In this document: piece after piece, positions 1 to 13,149 of the stretch
How the letters are laid out: the number at the start of each line of letters is the position of its first letter
How positions within the stretch are numbered: the stretch's first letter is position 1
NCBI RefSeq assembly: GCF_006345805.1
Contig: NC_043015.1
Span: forward strand, 40,362,001-40,426,000
Length of the DNA: 64,000 bases
Source: Octopus sinensis
Lineage: Eukaryota
Direction: 5' to 3'
The notes under the pieces: model-generated
The model's input: only the letters and a program-made list of their open reading frames with translations
Told to the model about the DNA's origin: nothing
The model's database searches: none
Translations under genes and position numbers: made by a program

Positions 1-333
1 GATGAGATGAGATGAGATGAGATGAGATGAGATGAGATGAGATGAGATGAGATGAGATGAGATGAGATGAGATGAGATGAGATGAGATGAGATGAGATGA
101 GATGAGATGAGATGAGATGAGATGAGATGAGATGAGATGAGATGAGATGAGATGAGATGAGATGAGATGAGATGAGATGAGATGAGAGAGATGAGATGAG
201 ATGAGATGAGATGAGATGAGATGAGATGAGATGAGATGAGATGAGATGAGATGAGATGAGATGAGATGAGATGAGATGAGATGAGATGAGATGAGATGAG
301 ATGAGATGAGATGAGATGAGATGAGATGAGATG
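1..333. repeat. (GATGA)n pentanucleotide microsatellite, runs off the window start
   Basis: Near-perfect GATGA tandem array with one GAGAGA interruption near 185. Confidence 0.98.
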
Positions 334-518
334 GATGTCTTCAATTGGAGATAAGGAAACAATTGTTTGTAGTGATTGGTCAAAATTGGTGGGGAGAGAG
401 AGAGAGAAAGAGACTGACTGACAGATAGATAGATACGCACACATACGTCTGTGCATGCTGGTAATAGATTGTTAGATAGACAGTGTGTGTGTGTGAGACA
501 GAGAGAGAGAGATGGATG

Positions 519-626
<108 letters not shown>

Positions 627-2123
627 CACAGACAGATAGACATAGATAGATGGACAGATTGATAGACAGTGTGAGAGAGCGAAAAAGACAATAAAATTAA
701 AGGAAAGATATACAGAAAGAGTCTTTGAGACAGACTTTCAGATGTTGTCACTGGAATTTCTTATCTGAATTCTCTGTTTCAATCTCATCATTTTATTCTC
801 CCCCACCACCACCACCACCACCACCACCAGTTGTCTTCTCAGATAAAAAGAGATTTCTTTGCTGGAATTTTTTTTTTAATCCACATTTTCCAAACACTTT
901 GATTCCGTCCCTCAGAGATTTCTTCCTCCTTCAACACAACCATTATTTATTATTTTTTCATACCTTTGTACCATGTTTAGATTTTTTTTCTTTTAAATAT
1001 TTTCTTCACTTTATCACTAATGGCATCTCCGGTCTTGTCCCTTCTTCATCAACCAGGCACTAGCTACAACTTTTACACTGCACTCCTCCTGCTTCAGAAT
1101 ATGTGATCTCATACTTTGGACGTTTCTATATGTTTCTCTATGTCTCATTCTCTCTCTTTCTCCCTTTCTAAGTGTGTGATCATATCTCTATTTATGTGTC
1201 TGAGGAGATGGAGAATATTTAAATGAATCATGTTCAACTAATAAATTATTCTCTCTCTCTCTCTTTCTATGTATGTATGTGTGTATGTATGTACATATTT
1301 CCATGTGTGTTTGCCTCCAGTGCCAAAAAGCACAGACACCAAAAACAGGCTTAATGTCCAATCAGCCACAATGCCAAATCATATGCACCCAAACAGCTGC
1401 ATTTGGTCATCTTAGTCTAATCAAAATGATAACTTGTATGAAATATATAAAGAGTAGTCCCCCTTTGCAATGGAGACTTATATTAGAAACTATATCACTG
1501 TATTTGAAGACTATAAGGTACTGGAATTTTTCAGATGCCCCTCAAATTTAGCAAACCAATTCTTGAGCCACCATTTATCAGTAACTCAAACTCCAACCCT
1601 TTAATTTCTAAGATGTAGATTGATTGTTTATCATGTGTTTTTCGAGGAAAATCAAGGGCAACTCAGAAGTAAGTTTCATGTTTGTAGCTTTTTATAACTT
1701 AACGCTAAGAGTTGGGAAAAATTCTATCTCATGGATCATGCTTCATGTCATTCCTTATGTCCTTACTCGTGAAGACAAAATTTTGGTGCTGCTTCTTTAA
1801 TGAAGGAATCATAAAAAAAACTGAAACAAATACACGCCAAACACACTCAGACATACAGACAGTTAGCATACTTTATTAAGGTCTTCTAATTAATCTTAAT
1901 TAAGCCTAATTTTCAATTTCCACCAAAATATTTCCACATTTTTTCTTTCTAGATACAAAAGAATTTTCTTTTTTCTTTTTTCTTTTTAATTATTTTCGTT
2001 TTATCATATGCGAAAATTTAAGAAAATGAAATTCAAAAATATCCGAAAAATATTCAAAAAAATTATATATTTGTTTTTTTAGTTTCTCTTTAAGATGTTT
2101 GTTTGTGGATCTGTTCTTTGCAG

Positions 2124-2207
2124 AAGAGAAAAACATTGCGCCAATCATGGCGGGAGATGAAAGACCTGAAGACTCTTAAAATGGCACCATCCGATGATGC
2201 CGATGTG
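2124..2207 (+). CDS. GRIN1: Candidate internal coding exon A of the NMDA receptor GluN1 C-terminal tail (KRKTLRQSWREMKDLKTLKMAPSDDADV)
   Basis: Acceptor ctgttctttgcag|AAG, donor GTG|gtaatg, 84 nt, phase 0/0, no stop. The first residues match exon B at 19888 and, from memory, the Drosophila Nmdar1 segment after C0 ([21 protein letters not shown]). Confidence 0.6.
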
Positions 2208-2674
2208 GTAATGTGGTGCAACATATACGTGCATATATACATTCCTATATATGTATCCACTCACTAAGTTTTCCCATGGCCCATTCCGTTTCTAATAATT
2301 CCATATTAAACAACGGCTTTTTCTCACGGGATATGCTGGCTAATACTTTCTCAGACTAAAATTCTTTAAATATTTTCTTAGCTTTTGGTTTTGGTTTGGT
2401 TTGAAACAAGAATTAGTTTTGCATGTAGGTTCTCAAACTTTCTCTTCTGATGTACACTCAATGCTTTTCTAACATTTAGTTCGTATTTGATACACATATA
2501 CATACATGTGTGTGTGTGTGTGTAATGTACATGTTTTTGTAAGATTGTGAGGAAGATTTCTTTCAGCTGGCATGCTTGTCTACACTTCTCTGTTGGTACA
2601 CTGTACAAAACCTAAGGTATGGACCAAAAATGTTACCTGTTACTACATACACAAATTTACATTCACTTACTAAC

Positions 2675-3125
2675 ATCATCATCATTGTCATCGTTTAATG
2701 TCTGTTTTCCATGCCGGCATGGGTTGGACGGTTTGACTGGAGACTGGCAAGCCAGGAGGCTACACCAGGCTCCTATCTGATCTGGCAATGTTTCTACAGC
2801 TGGATGCCCTTCCTAATGCCAACCACTCCGAGAGTGTAGTGGGTACTTTTTATGTGCCACTGGTACAGGAGCCAGTCAGGCAGTACTGGCATCGGCCACA
2901 TTTGGATGGTGCCTTTTACATGCCACCGGCACAGGAACCAGTTGGAGTGTGGGGGTGCTGGCATCGACCATGTTCAGATGGTGCATTTCATGTGCCACCA
3001 AAATGGGGAGCCTGTCAGGCTGCTCTGGCAGCGGCCCATGTATGAATGGTGCTTATTGTGTGCCACCAGCACTGGTATCGGCCACAACTACAATTTCCAT
3101 TTGATTTTGATTTATTTGACTCAAT
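2675..3125 (-). mobile_element. Retroposon family B copy, (GAT)n-tailed
   Basis: Shares the ggatgcccttcctaa(c/t)gccaaccac core and catcatcat tail with copies at 32715, 50150, 54445 and 63400. Confidence 0.85.
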
Positions 3126-3286
3126 AGATCCCATCAAGCACAGAATGAGTCTTCAAAGACAGTGGCTCCCATAAATTCTAAAATAAAATTTAGGATTTAT
3201 GGAGGGACAAAGTTGGGAACAAAAACAGGACAGTGGAGACATACAAGGAAGTCGAACGAAAACATACATATATAAATATATATTTA

Positions 3287-3332
<46 letters not shown>

Positions 3333-3339
3333 GTATGTG

Positions 3340-3379
<40 letters not shown>

Positions 3380-3589
3380 CACAAGCATATAGAATCTATG
3401 CTCTATACACTCTTCCACTATAACTGGATATTGAGTACTGCTTTTCTATGAAAGGATAAATACTATGTAAATGTAGGCACATATGACTGAAAATTATATC
3501 TCACAGTAGCTGTCCATTCTTTAGTGATGGTTGTGGCCAGCAGTGCTTTTGTAGTGTAGTTGTAGTGTCGGGAATTATTTCCCCCTCAG

Positions 3590-3607
3590 CCGAGCAGTGC
3601 CGTTTGA
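3590..3607 (+). CDS. GRIN1: Candidate terminal coding exon A' of GluN1 (PSSAV*), class I PDZ-type end
   Basis: Acceptor ttatttccccctcag|CCG AGC AGT GCC GTT TGA, phase 0, compatible with the exon A donor. Very short, so support is limited. Confidence 0.45.
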   Translation, partial: PSSAV

Positions 3608-3635
3608 GTGGTAACAGCAGCCTGTGTGAGTGCAG

Positions 3636-3947
3636 GTTAATACTGATAGCAACATTGAAGTAGATGATGATGATGATGATGATGACGACAACGACGATGG
3701 TGATGATGATGACGACGACGGTGATGATGATGATGATGATGATGACGATGACGACGACGACGATGATGATGACGATGACGACGACGACGATGATGATGAT
3801 GAGGATGATGATGACGATGACGACAACGATGATGATGGTGATGATGACGATGATGATGATGATGACGATGATGATGATGATGACGACGATTATGATGATG
3901 ATGACGACGACGATGAAAGTAGACAGTCAGAAATAACAATTGTCTGA
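3636..3947 (+). CDS. Possible alternative terminal exon from a second acceptor: VNTDSNIEV-poly(Asp)-ESRQSEITIV*
   Basis: tgcag|GTT is in phase 0 and the frame is open for 103 aa through the GAT/GAC array. The pyrimidine tract is weak, so this may simply be 3' UTR. Confidence 0.25.
   Translation, partial: VNTDSNIEVDDDDDDDDDNDDGDDDDDDGDDDDDDDDDDDDDDDDDDDDDDDDDDEDDDDDDDNDDDGDDDDDDDDDDDDDDDDDYDDDDDDDESRQSEITIV
3663..3914. repeat. (GAT/GAC)n trinucleotide array
   Basis: Direct reading. Confidence 0.97.
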
Positions 3948-4258
3948 AAACAAACAAAAAAAAAATGTCCACAATCCACCCCCGCCCCCCACTCCTAACA
4001 ATTGTGAAACATCATAATGGAGACAATAATCAATATGGAGTGGGAGGGAAATGCTGCATTCAGTGTGAAGTAGTTTCTGGAAGTATGTGATACACATGGT
4101 GACTCATATGAGATTATATAATGTCTGTGTGTCCCATGCTGGTTCAAAAACCAGGCCAGGCCTTTGCCAGAAGTTGAGCTGACCTTCACACAAAGCCTTT
4201 TTTTTATTATTATATGGCCCTGTGAAGTGTTCTGATATACAGGAGGCATTGTCTTAGT

Positions 4259-4488
4259 TTAACCTTTACGTTACCATATCTATTTTGAGATGTTCAGTGT
4301 TTCTTTCAATTAACTTTAAATATAACAAAGAATTTAGTAAAATAACTTAGTTGCCATTAAGCTCGTGTTAGGAACATAAATTGTGACTAAGGTTTGGTGG
4401 AAGATTTTAATTCAGAACTTTTGGAAACGAGACATTTGTACTACAGAGCCAGAAATGGTTTCACCCAGGTTGGTAACGAAAGGGTTAA
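4259..4488 (-). mobile_element. TTAA-flanked MITE family E (piggyBac-like ends)
   Basis: TTAA-cc(c)ttt(n)gttacca ... tggtaacgaaaggg-TTAA, about 230 bp; reverse complement of the copy at 16573. Confidence 0.85.
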
Positions 4489-4667
4489 ACAATTCCTAAT
4501 AATATTTAATAGAGGATTTTTTAAACTTTAAATGGCTATAAGGGTCCACCCAAGCAAAATAGCAATCAAAGGGGTCTATATGTAAAAACTGTTTCTGAAC
4601 CAACTGACTGATAAACTAGCCCTATTATAATCTTTTATTAAATTATCTCTAGTAGTTTGTTGTGGTA

Positions 4668-4897
4668 TTAACTCTTTTGTTACCATATTTCTGTTGAGAT
4701 GCTCTGTATTTCTTACAATTAATTTTAAATATAACAAAGAATTTAGTAAAATAACTTAGTTATCATTCAGCTAGTGTTAGAAACATAGATTGTGACTAAG
4801 GTTTGGTGGAAGATTTGAATTCAAAACTTATGAAAACAAGACATTTGTACTACAGAGCCAAAGCAGGTTTCAGCCGGGTTGGTAACGAAAGGGTGAC
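4668..4897 (-). mobile_element. TTAA-flanked MITE family E
   Basis: Second copy, same orientation as 4259; right TTAA degenerate. Confidence 0.85.
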
Positions 4898-5419
4898 ATT
4901 TTACTCCCAGTATTGAGTACATTTTTTTTCTCACATTCATCATCACTAACATAACATGTGTGTGTGTGTGTTTGTGTAGAATTATTCATACATGCACACA
5001 TGTGCAAGGATATTGCGCCTAAACATACAAATGTTTGTGTGATTGTGCATGCATGTATGTATATGTATGTATATTATTAGGAAAAGTTCATCTGCCATAG
5101 TCTTTAAGTTGGTTTGGTTTCCTAAATTTTCTCACTGGCTGATTCTGCTCTCTTCTTCTTCTTCTTCTTTGGTAACTTCTTAAAATTTACAATTATTCCC
5201 ACTAACAATAATGATAATAATATTAATACTAATACTAATAATTTGGTCTTTACACGACATTGCACAAGGTTTGCTGCACTTTCTTCTTATTTTTCTTCTT
5301 CTTCTTTCTTAACTTATATTTCAACTTGAACTCTTTAAGTATTGCAACAGTTCCAAGCAGTCGTTATTGGCACCAACCTCTGCCCCCTACCCTTTGTCTA
5401 CCAGTGAGTATTCATAATT

Positions 5420-5672
5420 CTAGTGGAGGTGTGTTGCTTAGTGGTTAGGGTGTCAGCATCATGATCGTAAGATTGTGGTTTCGATTCCTGGACCGGGTGA
5501 CGCATTGTGTTCTTGAGCAAAACACTTCATTTCACGTTGCTCCAGTCCACTCAGCTGGCAAAAATGAGTAACGCTGCGATGGACTGGCATCCCGTCCAGC
5601 TGGGGAACACATACGCCATTGAAACCGGGAAACCCGGCCCATGAGCCTGGCTAGGCTTTAAAAGACACATTT
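5420..5672 (+). mobile_element. tRNA-derived SINE family F
   Basis: A box (tgcttagtgg), B box (ggtttcgattcc), core-like ttgagcaaaacacttcatttcacgttgctccagtccactcagctg. Related copies at 6788, 10110, 17055 and 52385. Confidence 0.8.
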
Positions 5673-6787
5673 ATTATATTATTTATTCATAATTCTAATG
5701 TTGTTGTATAGTCTTCCATTCATTTACTGGTTTAAGGGCATTCAACTGTGGCCATGCTGGGGCATCACCTTTCTAAAAGGCAATCAATTATATTGATCTC
5801 AGACCTTATTCTATCAGCACATACTTATTCTATAAACCTTAAAACAATGGCAAGTAGAGAGGACCTGGGTAGGATTTGAACCTGGAATGTCAAATGACAT
5901 AACCAACTTCCACAAGATATTCTTGTTGCTCAACGCTTTACCAATTCTGCCTGATATTTTGTCAGGAAAACTTCCCTTAAATACAAAGCCGTTGCTATGG
6001 TACTAGCAAAGAGAGTAATCATATTTTTATGTAGGTAATGTTTGGTCTTTTTTTATTATTTTTTTTTAGATATAATTTAAACTGGTGCGAATTGTTTGTC
6101 TGTTGATGAAGCGGTCGTCAAAAACGGTGAATATGGGAGGGTTTTTGTTTTTTTTGGCAGCATCCTGTATTTATATAGAAAAGTAGAGTATCTTGTCTAA
6201 GGTTTAGCTGCACCATTGTAGTCATATGAAGACAGCAAAAAGAAACAAACAAAACCAAATGAAGGTCAAAACGTGACTTCCTGTGTGGTTTTGTGAGTTT
6301 TGACTGCTTCACAAGTTTACAAGTCAACGACAAGTTCTGTGGTTTTTTTTCCTGTTTGAACAAATGGCAAGGTTTTGTATTTCTGAATTGAATGTTAAAG
6401 GGTTAGAACAGGTCAGACACATTTAAAATAAAAATAAAAAAGATTAGGTTTAATCCTTAAAAATAAGTTCATCTCAACAACATAAATAAATTTGTTTTAA
6501 AATAGTTGCTTCTGTGTCTTTGAGGGAATTTTTGTTTGTCAGGAACTCCAGCTGATCATGTGATGGGAATCACTTGATTTTGAACCTTTAACCCTCCGTG
6601 TTAGATGTCAGCCGTTGGTATTTCACTGCGTTTGGGAAAAGTCACTCAGACAGCTTCTCTTGGGTCTTTCTAGAGATATGAAATTGATTTAGAGAGGTGG
6701 AATGTCTGGTGTTCATGCCTTTCCCAATGATATTAATTAGTGGCATAATTAATGACCTAATTAGTGACATAATATATATCATTGTGA

Positions 6788-7315
6788 AGGTGCATGGCTC
6801 AGTGGTTAAAGTGTCGGGCTCACAATCGTGAGGTAGTGAGTTCAATTCTCAGACAGGACTGTATGTTGTGTTCTAGCAAAGACGCATGCTTCAGTGGTTT
6901 GAGCACCAGGCTCACAATCACGAGGTAGTGAGTTTGATTCCCAGACCGGACTGTGTGTTGCGTTCTAGCAAAGGCACATGGTTCAGTGGTTTAAGTGCCG
7001 GGATCACAATCACGAGATAATGAGTTTGAATCCCGGACTGGGCTGCGTGTTGTGTTCTTGAGCAAGACACTTTATTTCACTTTTGCTCCAGTTCACTCAT
7101 CTGTAGAAATAAGTTATGATGCCACTGGTGCCAAGCTGTATCGGCCCCTTTGCCTATCCCTTGGACAAAACATTGGCAGTGTAAAGAGGGGAGCCTGGTA
7201 TGCAAGGGTGGCTGCTGGTCTTCCATAAAGAACCTCGCCCAGACTTGTGCCTAGAAAGGGAACTTTCTAGGTGCAATCCCATGGTCATTCATGACCAAAG
7301 GGAATCCTTACCCTT
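6788..7315 (+). mobile_element. tRNA(Met)-like SINE (family F type) with three tandem heads
   Basis: Three ~91-bp head units (about 6789, 6880, 6972), each tggc/ttcagtggtt..ctcacaatc..gagtt(c/t)(a/g)a(t)tc, then a single body. Confidence 0.8.
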
Positions 7316-7647
7316 TATATATCATTAGAATATCATAGGTTGTTGTGAGATTTAATCATCTATATGGTATTTCTGCAATTCTAAGAAGGGGTATCTCATT
7401 GTGTGATATTTATTGCAACAATATCTCTGTGTGATAATAGCTGATATAAGACTGGTTGGTTGGTTGGTTGGTTGGTTGGTTTTTCCTGTCATGCTTTACA
7501 TCATATAAACAGAGGGGTAGAGAGAGTTAAGTGCAGGATAAGTGCAGATGCAAGGCTTAGTGGCAGGCAATGATTTTCTGAAAAATACCCATTTTTTTAA
7601 ATGAAAGTTTAGAAAGACAAATTTTTAATCAAGTAGATTACAATTAT

Positions 7648-8015
7648 CTTTTATGTTTTACTTGTTTCAGTCATTAGATTGTGGCCATACTGGGGCACCA
7701 TCTTGGAGAATTTTAGTCAAGTGAATCGATCCCAGTACTTAATTTTTTTAAAAACCTGGTATTTATTGTATCATTCCCCTTTTGCCAAACTGCTAAGTTA
7801 CGGGGGTGCAAACACACCAACACCCAGTTGTCAAGCAGTGGTGAGAGACAAACACAAAGATATACACACTCACATACACAGTTACACATATACATAAAGG
7901 GCTTCTTTCAGTTTCCATCTACCAAATCCACTCACAAGGCTTTGGTCAGTTTGAGGCTATAGTAGAAGACACATGCCCAAGGTGCCATGCAGTGGGACTG
8001 AACCTGGAACCATTA
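7648..8015 (-). mobile_element. tRNA-derived SINE family A, diverged
   Basis: Matches the consensus cttttacttgtttcagtc...aaatccactcacaaggctttggtc...gggactgaacc seen in many copies in the window. Confidence 0.85.
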
Positions 8016-8531
8016 TGTTGATAAAATTTAGAAAAAAATTAAGATGTATTTATCGCAAATATATAAAGAAGAAATTTGGTTTTTTTTTTTGTTTTATTTC
8101 AAAATAATAAATAATTTTTCTCTTGAAAATTAGCATTCATTTCATTATAATCTATAAACCACAAGAAATTTGATAAAATTAAAATTAAAATTATTTTATG
8201 ACAGCTAGAATTCCTGGCATTACCCATGACTGCGAGAGTATACTCCCAAAACTACCCATCACACGATGGTTAATTAACTCTCTAGCAGATGAATATTTTT
8301 TTAATTCTGGCAAGGAGATATTGCTAGCTGTGTGTCCAAAAGACACATTTTTCTAAGAAAAAAAAATACAAAAAAATTTTTTTTTTTTAAACTGAGAGTA
8401 ATCCTTTCTCCAAGAGGCACAAAGTCTGAAATTTTGGGAAAGGTGTTTGGTCAACTACATCAACCTCAGTGCTTGACTGCTATTTATTTTCTCAACCCTG
8501 AAAGGATTAAAGGCATAGTCAACCATTGCAC

Positions 8532-8564
<33 letters not shown>

Positions 8565-9439
8565 GATGGGCTACAGCAAATATTCTGCTCAATACCACAG
8601 ATTTGCTTGTCAGTTGTTTGACCTTAACCAATTGAGCATGTCCCTTAGGGGCTGACGATATGTGCATCTCTGATCATGAGCAGAAGTAGTGGGGGAGGGC
8701 ATCATAGCCATGTGTTGAGAGAGATTCTTTGGGGTTTGAATAATTCACCTCTGGAAACATGGGAGTTCTGTTCCATTCAGAGACCTTTTGAGCAGGATGG
8801 GCTACTCGACCAGAAGAAAATTCTAACTGGGCCCCACCTGCAAGGTCATGTGCTGTTTATCTTGATATGAAATCACTATGCCGCGCACATATGGTTGTGA
8901 TGCATGTGTCTGGTGTACCCTTATCAGACGGGTAGTCATGATGGGTATACTTGGGTTCGTATATTTTACCTCAGTGTCACTTTGATGGCATACACTGCTC
9001 TCTCACTCAATAATAATAATAATAACAATAATAGTAATAATAATGATAATAATAATAACAATAATAGTAATGATAATAATGATGGCGGCGAAAAGCAAAG
9101 TCAAAGAAGGATGTGTTGCACTTAAAGAGTTTATTCCCAGCAATTGGTTCTTGGTATTTGGCTGACGAGAATTGAATATTTGATGAATGCATGGCTATAA
9201 AAATACTTGCTTTTTTTTTTTGTAATACTTTGTTATTTTCTGAAGACTAATGCTGATAACCGTTTGAATAATATTATATTCCTGTTGTTCTTGTTATTGT
9301 TGTTGATGTATATTTACAGAAACCAAATGTAAGTTTGGTTTTTTTCTAGTTTGTCTTGCCTCTCTTTTTTAACCGTTTTATTTCAGAATATTTATGTATT
9401 TTTAATAATAAAAATAAGAATAATAATATTAATAATAAT

Positions 9440-9634
9440 AATGATAATGTTTTCTACTATAGGCACAAAGCCTGAAATTTTGGTGGGAAGGGGGGCTAGT
9501 TGATTACATAAACCCTCGAAAGGACAAGGGGCAAAGTCGACATTGGTGGAATTTGAACTCAGAACATAAGGACAGACAAAATGCTGCTTAGCGTTTTGTT
9601 CAGCATGCTAACAATTCTGACAGATTACCATCTT

Positions 9635-9707
<73 letters not shown>

Positions 9708-9915
9708 TAATGGTTTTAAATTTTAGCACAAGGCCATTAATTTCAGGGTAGGAAATAAGCTGATTACATCAACCCTGGAGCATAATTGTTAGTTATTTTA
9801 TTGACCCCAGAAAGATGAAAGGGAAAGTTGACCTCAGCAGAATTTGAACCCAGAGCATAAAGATGAATGAAATGCCAAGCATTTTTGCTAATGATTCTAC
9901 CAACTCACTGCCTTA
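9440..9915 (-). mobile_element. Two diverged SINE family C copies separated by (GAT)n(AAT)n
   Basis: aggcacaaggcctgaaattt...gcaaagtcgac..ggaatttgaactcagaac motif present twice. Confidence 0.75.
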
Positions 9916-9957
9916 ATAATCATAATAATAATAATAATATTAATAATAATAATGATG

Positions 9958-10011
<54 letters not shown>

Positions 10012-10109
10012 TACAACACACACGCGCACACCCAATTTTGTTTTTTGCATTTTAAGAAGTAAAAGAGTTTGTGTGTGTTTATACATATGTAAGAATAAAG
10101 GATAGAGAT

Positions 10110-10352
10110 CCTTCCGGAATCATACAGGCTTGTAGGGCTGGTTTCCTTGTTTCAGTGGTGCATATATTTCCCCATGGATGGGATGCCAGTCTATTAAATC
10201 ATTGCTCGCCTTTGTCAGCTGATTGGACTCAAGTAACATGAGATGAAGTGTCTTGCTCAAGAACACAATGTTTTGTTTTGATCCAGGAATCGAAACCACA
10301 ATCTTGCAATCCTGAGTCCAACACCCTAACCACTAAGCCATGCACCTCCACA
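10110..10352 (-). mobile_element. SINE family F
   Basis: Reverse complement of the 5420 copy (gtgtcttgctcaagaacacaa...ggaatcgaaaccac...aaccactaagcca). Confidence 0.75.
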
Positions 10353-10589
10353 TTTATATTTGTGTGTGTGTGTGTACATATTTAGCCTGGTGTTTATTTA
10401 AACCAATGTTGGTTCATTCTACTGGTGGCAGGGTTCTTTTATTTGCATATTCTTGTGACTGCCCCAAAGAGCAGAATGTTCTATAGAACCGTTAGTGGGA
10501 TGGTGTGATGGCAGTACAGGGTGTTACGTAGAAACGGCTTTTGTTGTAGTGGCGAGGTATAAGCTGAAACACTAGCTGGGAAATTACAA

Positions 10590-10633
<44 letters not shown>

Positions 10634-11091
10634 TACATACATACATACATACACATACATACATGCAAATGTATACACACACATTATATAAATATTGTCA
10701 CACATGCCAAAGCTAAGAATAATATTTAAATCAACAAAAGATATTTATATATATATATATATACATACATATGTATATATATATAAATATATAGACACAC
10801 ACACCTACATGCATATGTATTTATATATGCAGACACACAGAGTACTGTCTATTGTGTCTTAAACATTTAATTTATAATATTTTTAATATTCTATATATAT
10901 AATTAGTATTATATATATATATATACACAGATACATACATTCATGTACATACATACACACACACACACCTATATACATATATATATATATATATACATAC
11001 ATATATATATATATAAAATACATATATGTCTTTTTGGTATATGTTATTGAAAATACAAACCTGTTCTGTTTTTGACTTCTTGCACTTTCTC

Positions 11092-11146
<55 letters not shown>

Positions 11147-12330
11147 CATTATTCTGTCTATTATGAAAGACTCTCGGATAGTTCTGAATTACCGGTTATT
11201 CTTCACTTGAAAGCAGGCAATAACAAATCACCAAAGGTTTCAAGTACTCCCTTCTCCTGTGACTCAAAGAGACCAACACTCTCCTTAGAATACGAGCTGT
11301 ACCCAACAATACTGTCTTCTGGATCACCTCCAGCCTGACAACAGCTCCAATATTCTTCATATGTTTTTCAAAGCCCTTGGAAACTGCTCCTTATGCTCCA
11401 ATTACCACTGGTACCACCATTACTTTCCTCATGCCCCATAACTTTCCTATCTCATCAACAATACAAAAAATACTTTAACAATTTTTATCATTCAAGTATG
11501 GTAGTAGTTGGATGATATTCTTAAGGCTGCAATTTACTCACACACAGCATCTTTCAGAGATTGTTGCATATTCAGTTCTTAACCAAATGGAAATCTGTTA
11601 ACATTTTTGAAGAGGGTTGGTCCTTAGCTACATTTTGGCATTAAAAAATTGAGATTTGATCCAATAGAAAAAAGTTTACATCAAAATTTGTATCAACGTT
11701 ATAGGAGAGTAGTAACACCACCAATAAAGTTTAGATCTAAATAACTGGGGTTTTTTATTTTAGAAGCAAAATATATTTATCTTAGCTTCAATGATTGAAG
11801 AAAGCATGAAGAATTTCGTAGTTTTGGTCCCATTCAACAAAAATTTGTATCAAAAAAGTTGTGAGTAAAATATGAAAAAGATAAGGCAAAAAATTGGATT
11901 TAAGTATAATTAACTTTTTTATTTTAAAAACAAACTATATTTTAATTAAGCTTAAATGATAGAGCTCAATTCGAGAAATTTCATGGTATCAATCTCATGC
12001 AATGAAGTTTAAAAAAACGTTTCTCAAATTTGAAGGTGATAATATAGTTCTATACTTTTTTAGGAGTATAGTGGACTTTTGATATATGTCACCGGTGTCA
12101 TTAAGGTAAAGAAAAAAATTATCTACGATATCACTAATTTGCAATTGATTTATTTTTATTTCTTTGAGATTAACACTTTTTATTTTAATTCAATAATAAT
12201 AATAATTCAATCACAAAAATGAAAAAATGAAAATATTTAGAAATTTATTATTCAATTTTCAATAAGGTAAAATCTTAAATTATTGACACATTATTAATTA
12301 GCATAATAGCATAGCCTGGAAAAGACATGG

Positions 12331-13149
12331 ATTACAAGGGAAAATGCAAGCAGGAGAAATAATATTCTTAAGATTATAATCCTGGAAAATTACAGGACAA
12401 GAAAATTTTTACTTAGAATGTTACAGCTAAGGATAAAATTTGAATATTAAAAATTATTTGATTTTAATTTACAAAGTAACATTATAATTAAAAAAGGTAC
12501 CATCATTTTGTTAAAATATTGACACACTAGAATACTTAGAAAAATGAGAGCCAGAAGTACGAATATAGCTAAAGTTTTATGCAAAGTAGAATAGTATATA
12601 TGGTAGGCAAATTCTTTACGTTAAAAATTGGTATTGGGTCAAGACTAAAAATGTGAAGACTTGGCAATAATTTAGGCAAGAACTCAAGCAAATTTTACTG
12701 TGAATTTGTTGTTATAAGTAGATTTTACTGTAATATATAACTAACTTTTGTATTATTCTATTTATTGTACTAACTAATTGCATACTACTATTATTTTTTT
12801 ATAACCTATTTTTAAATTTCTAATTATTAATTGATAATTAAAAAAATTATTTTTTTTTAAAGTGCAAAAAATATTTTGAGTAATTTTTTTAAAATTTTTC
12901 ATAGAAGTAACAAATAGAAGTAATAACTTGTAATAAAATATTTAGTTTTGATAGCTAATATTCTCTAAATCTAAATATTTTATTTGAAATTTTATCCTTA
13001 GCTGCAATATTTTAAGTAAAATTGTTCTCTACTTTACCAGATGTGATAACTTGTCCTGTACTTTTACAGGCGTAATAACTTGTCCTGTACTTTTACAGGT
13101 TTATAATCTTAAGAATATTATTTCTCTTGCTTGCGTTTTTCCATGTAAT
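12331..13149. mobile_element. AT-rich fold-back/MITE with long imperfect terminal inverted repeats
   Basis: attacaagggaaaatgcaagcaggagaaataatattcttaagattataa at the left end matches the reverse complement of 13075-13149; similarity continues to about 12450/12980. Confidence 0.7.

Noticed and set aside
2208-2267. Read-through of exon A into the intron (VMWCNIYVHIYIPIYVSTH*)
   Set aside because: The extension is TA-rich low-complexity sequence and a good donor (GTG|gtaatg) is present.
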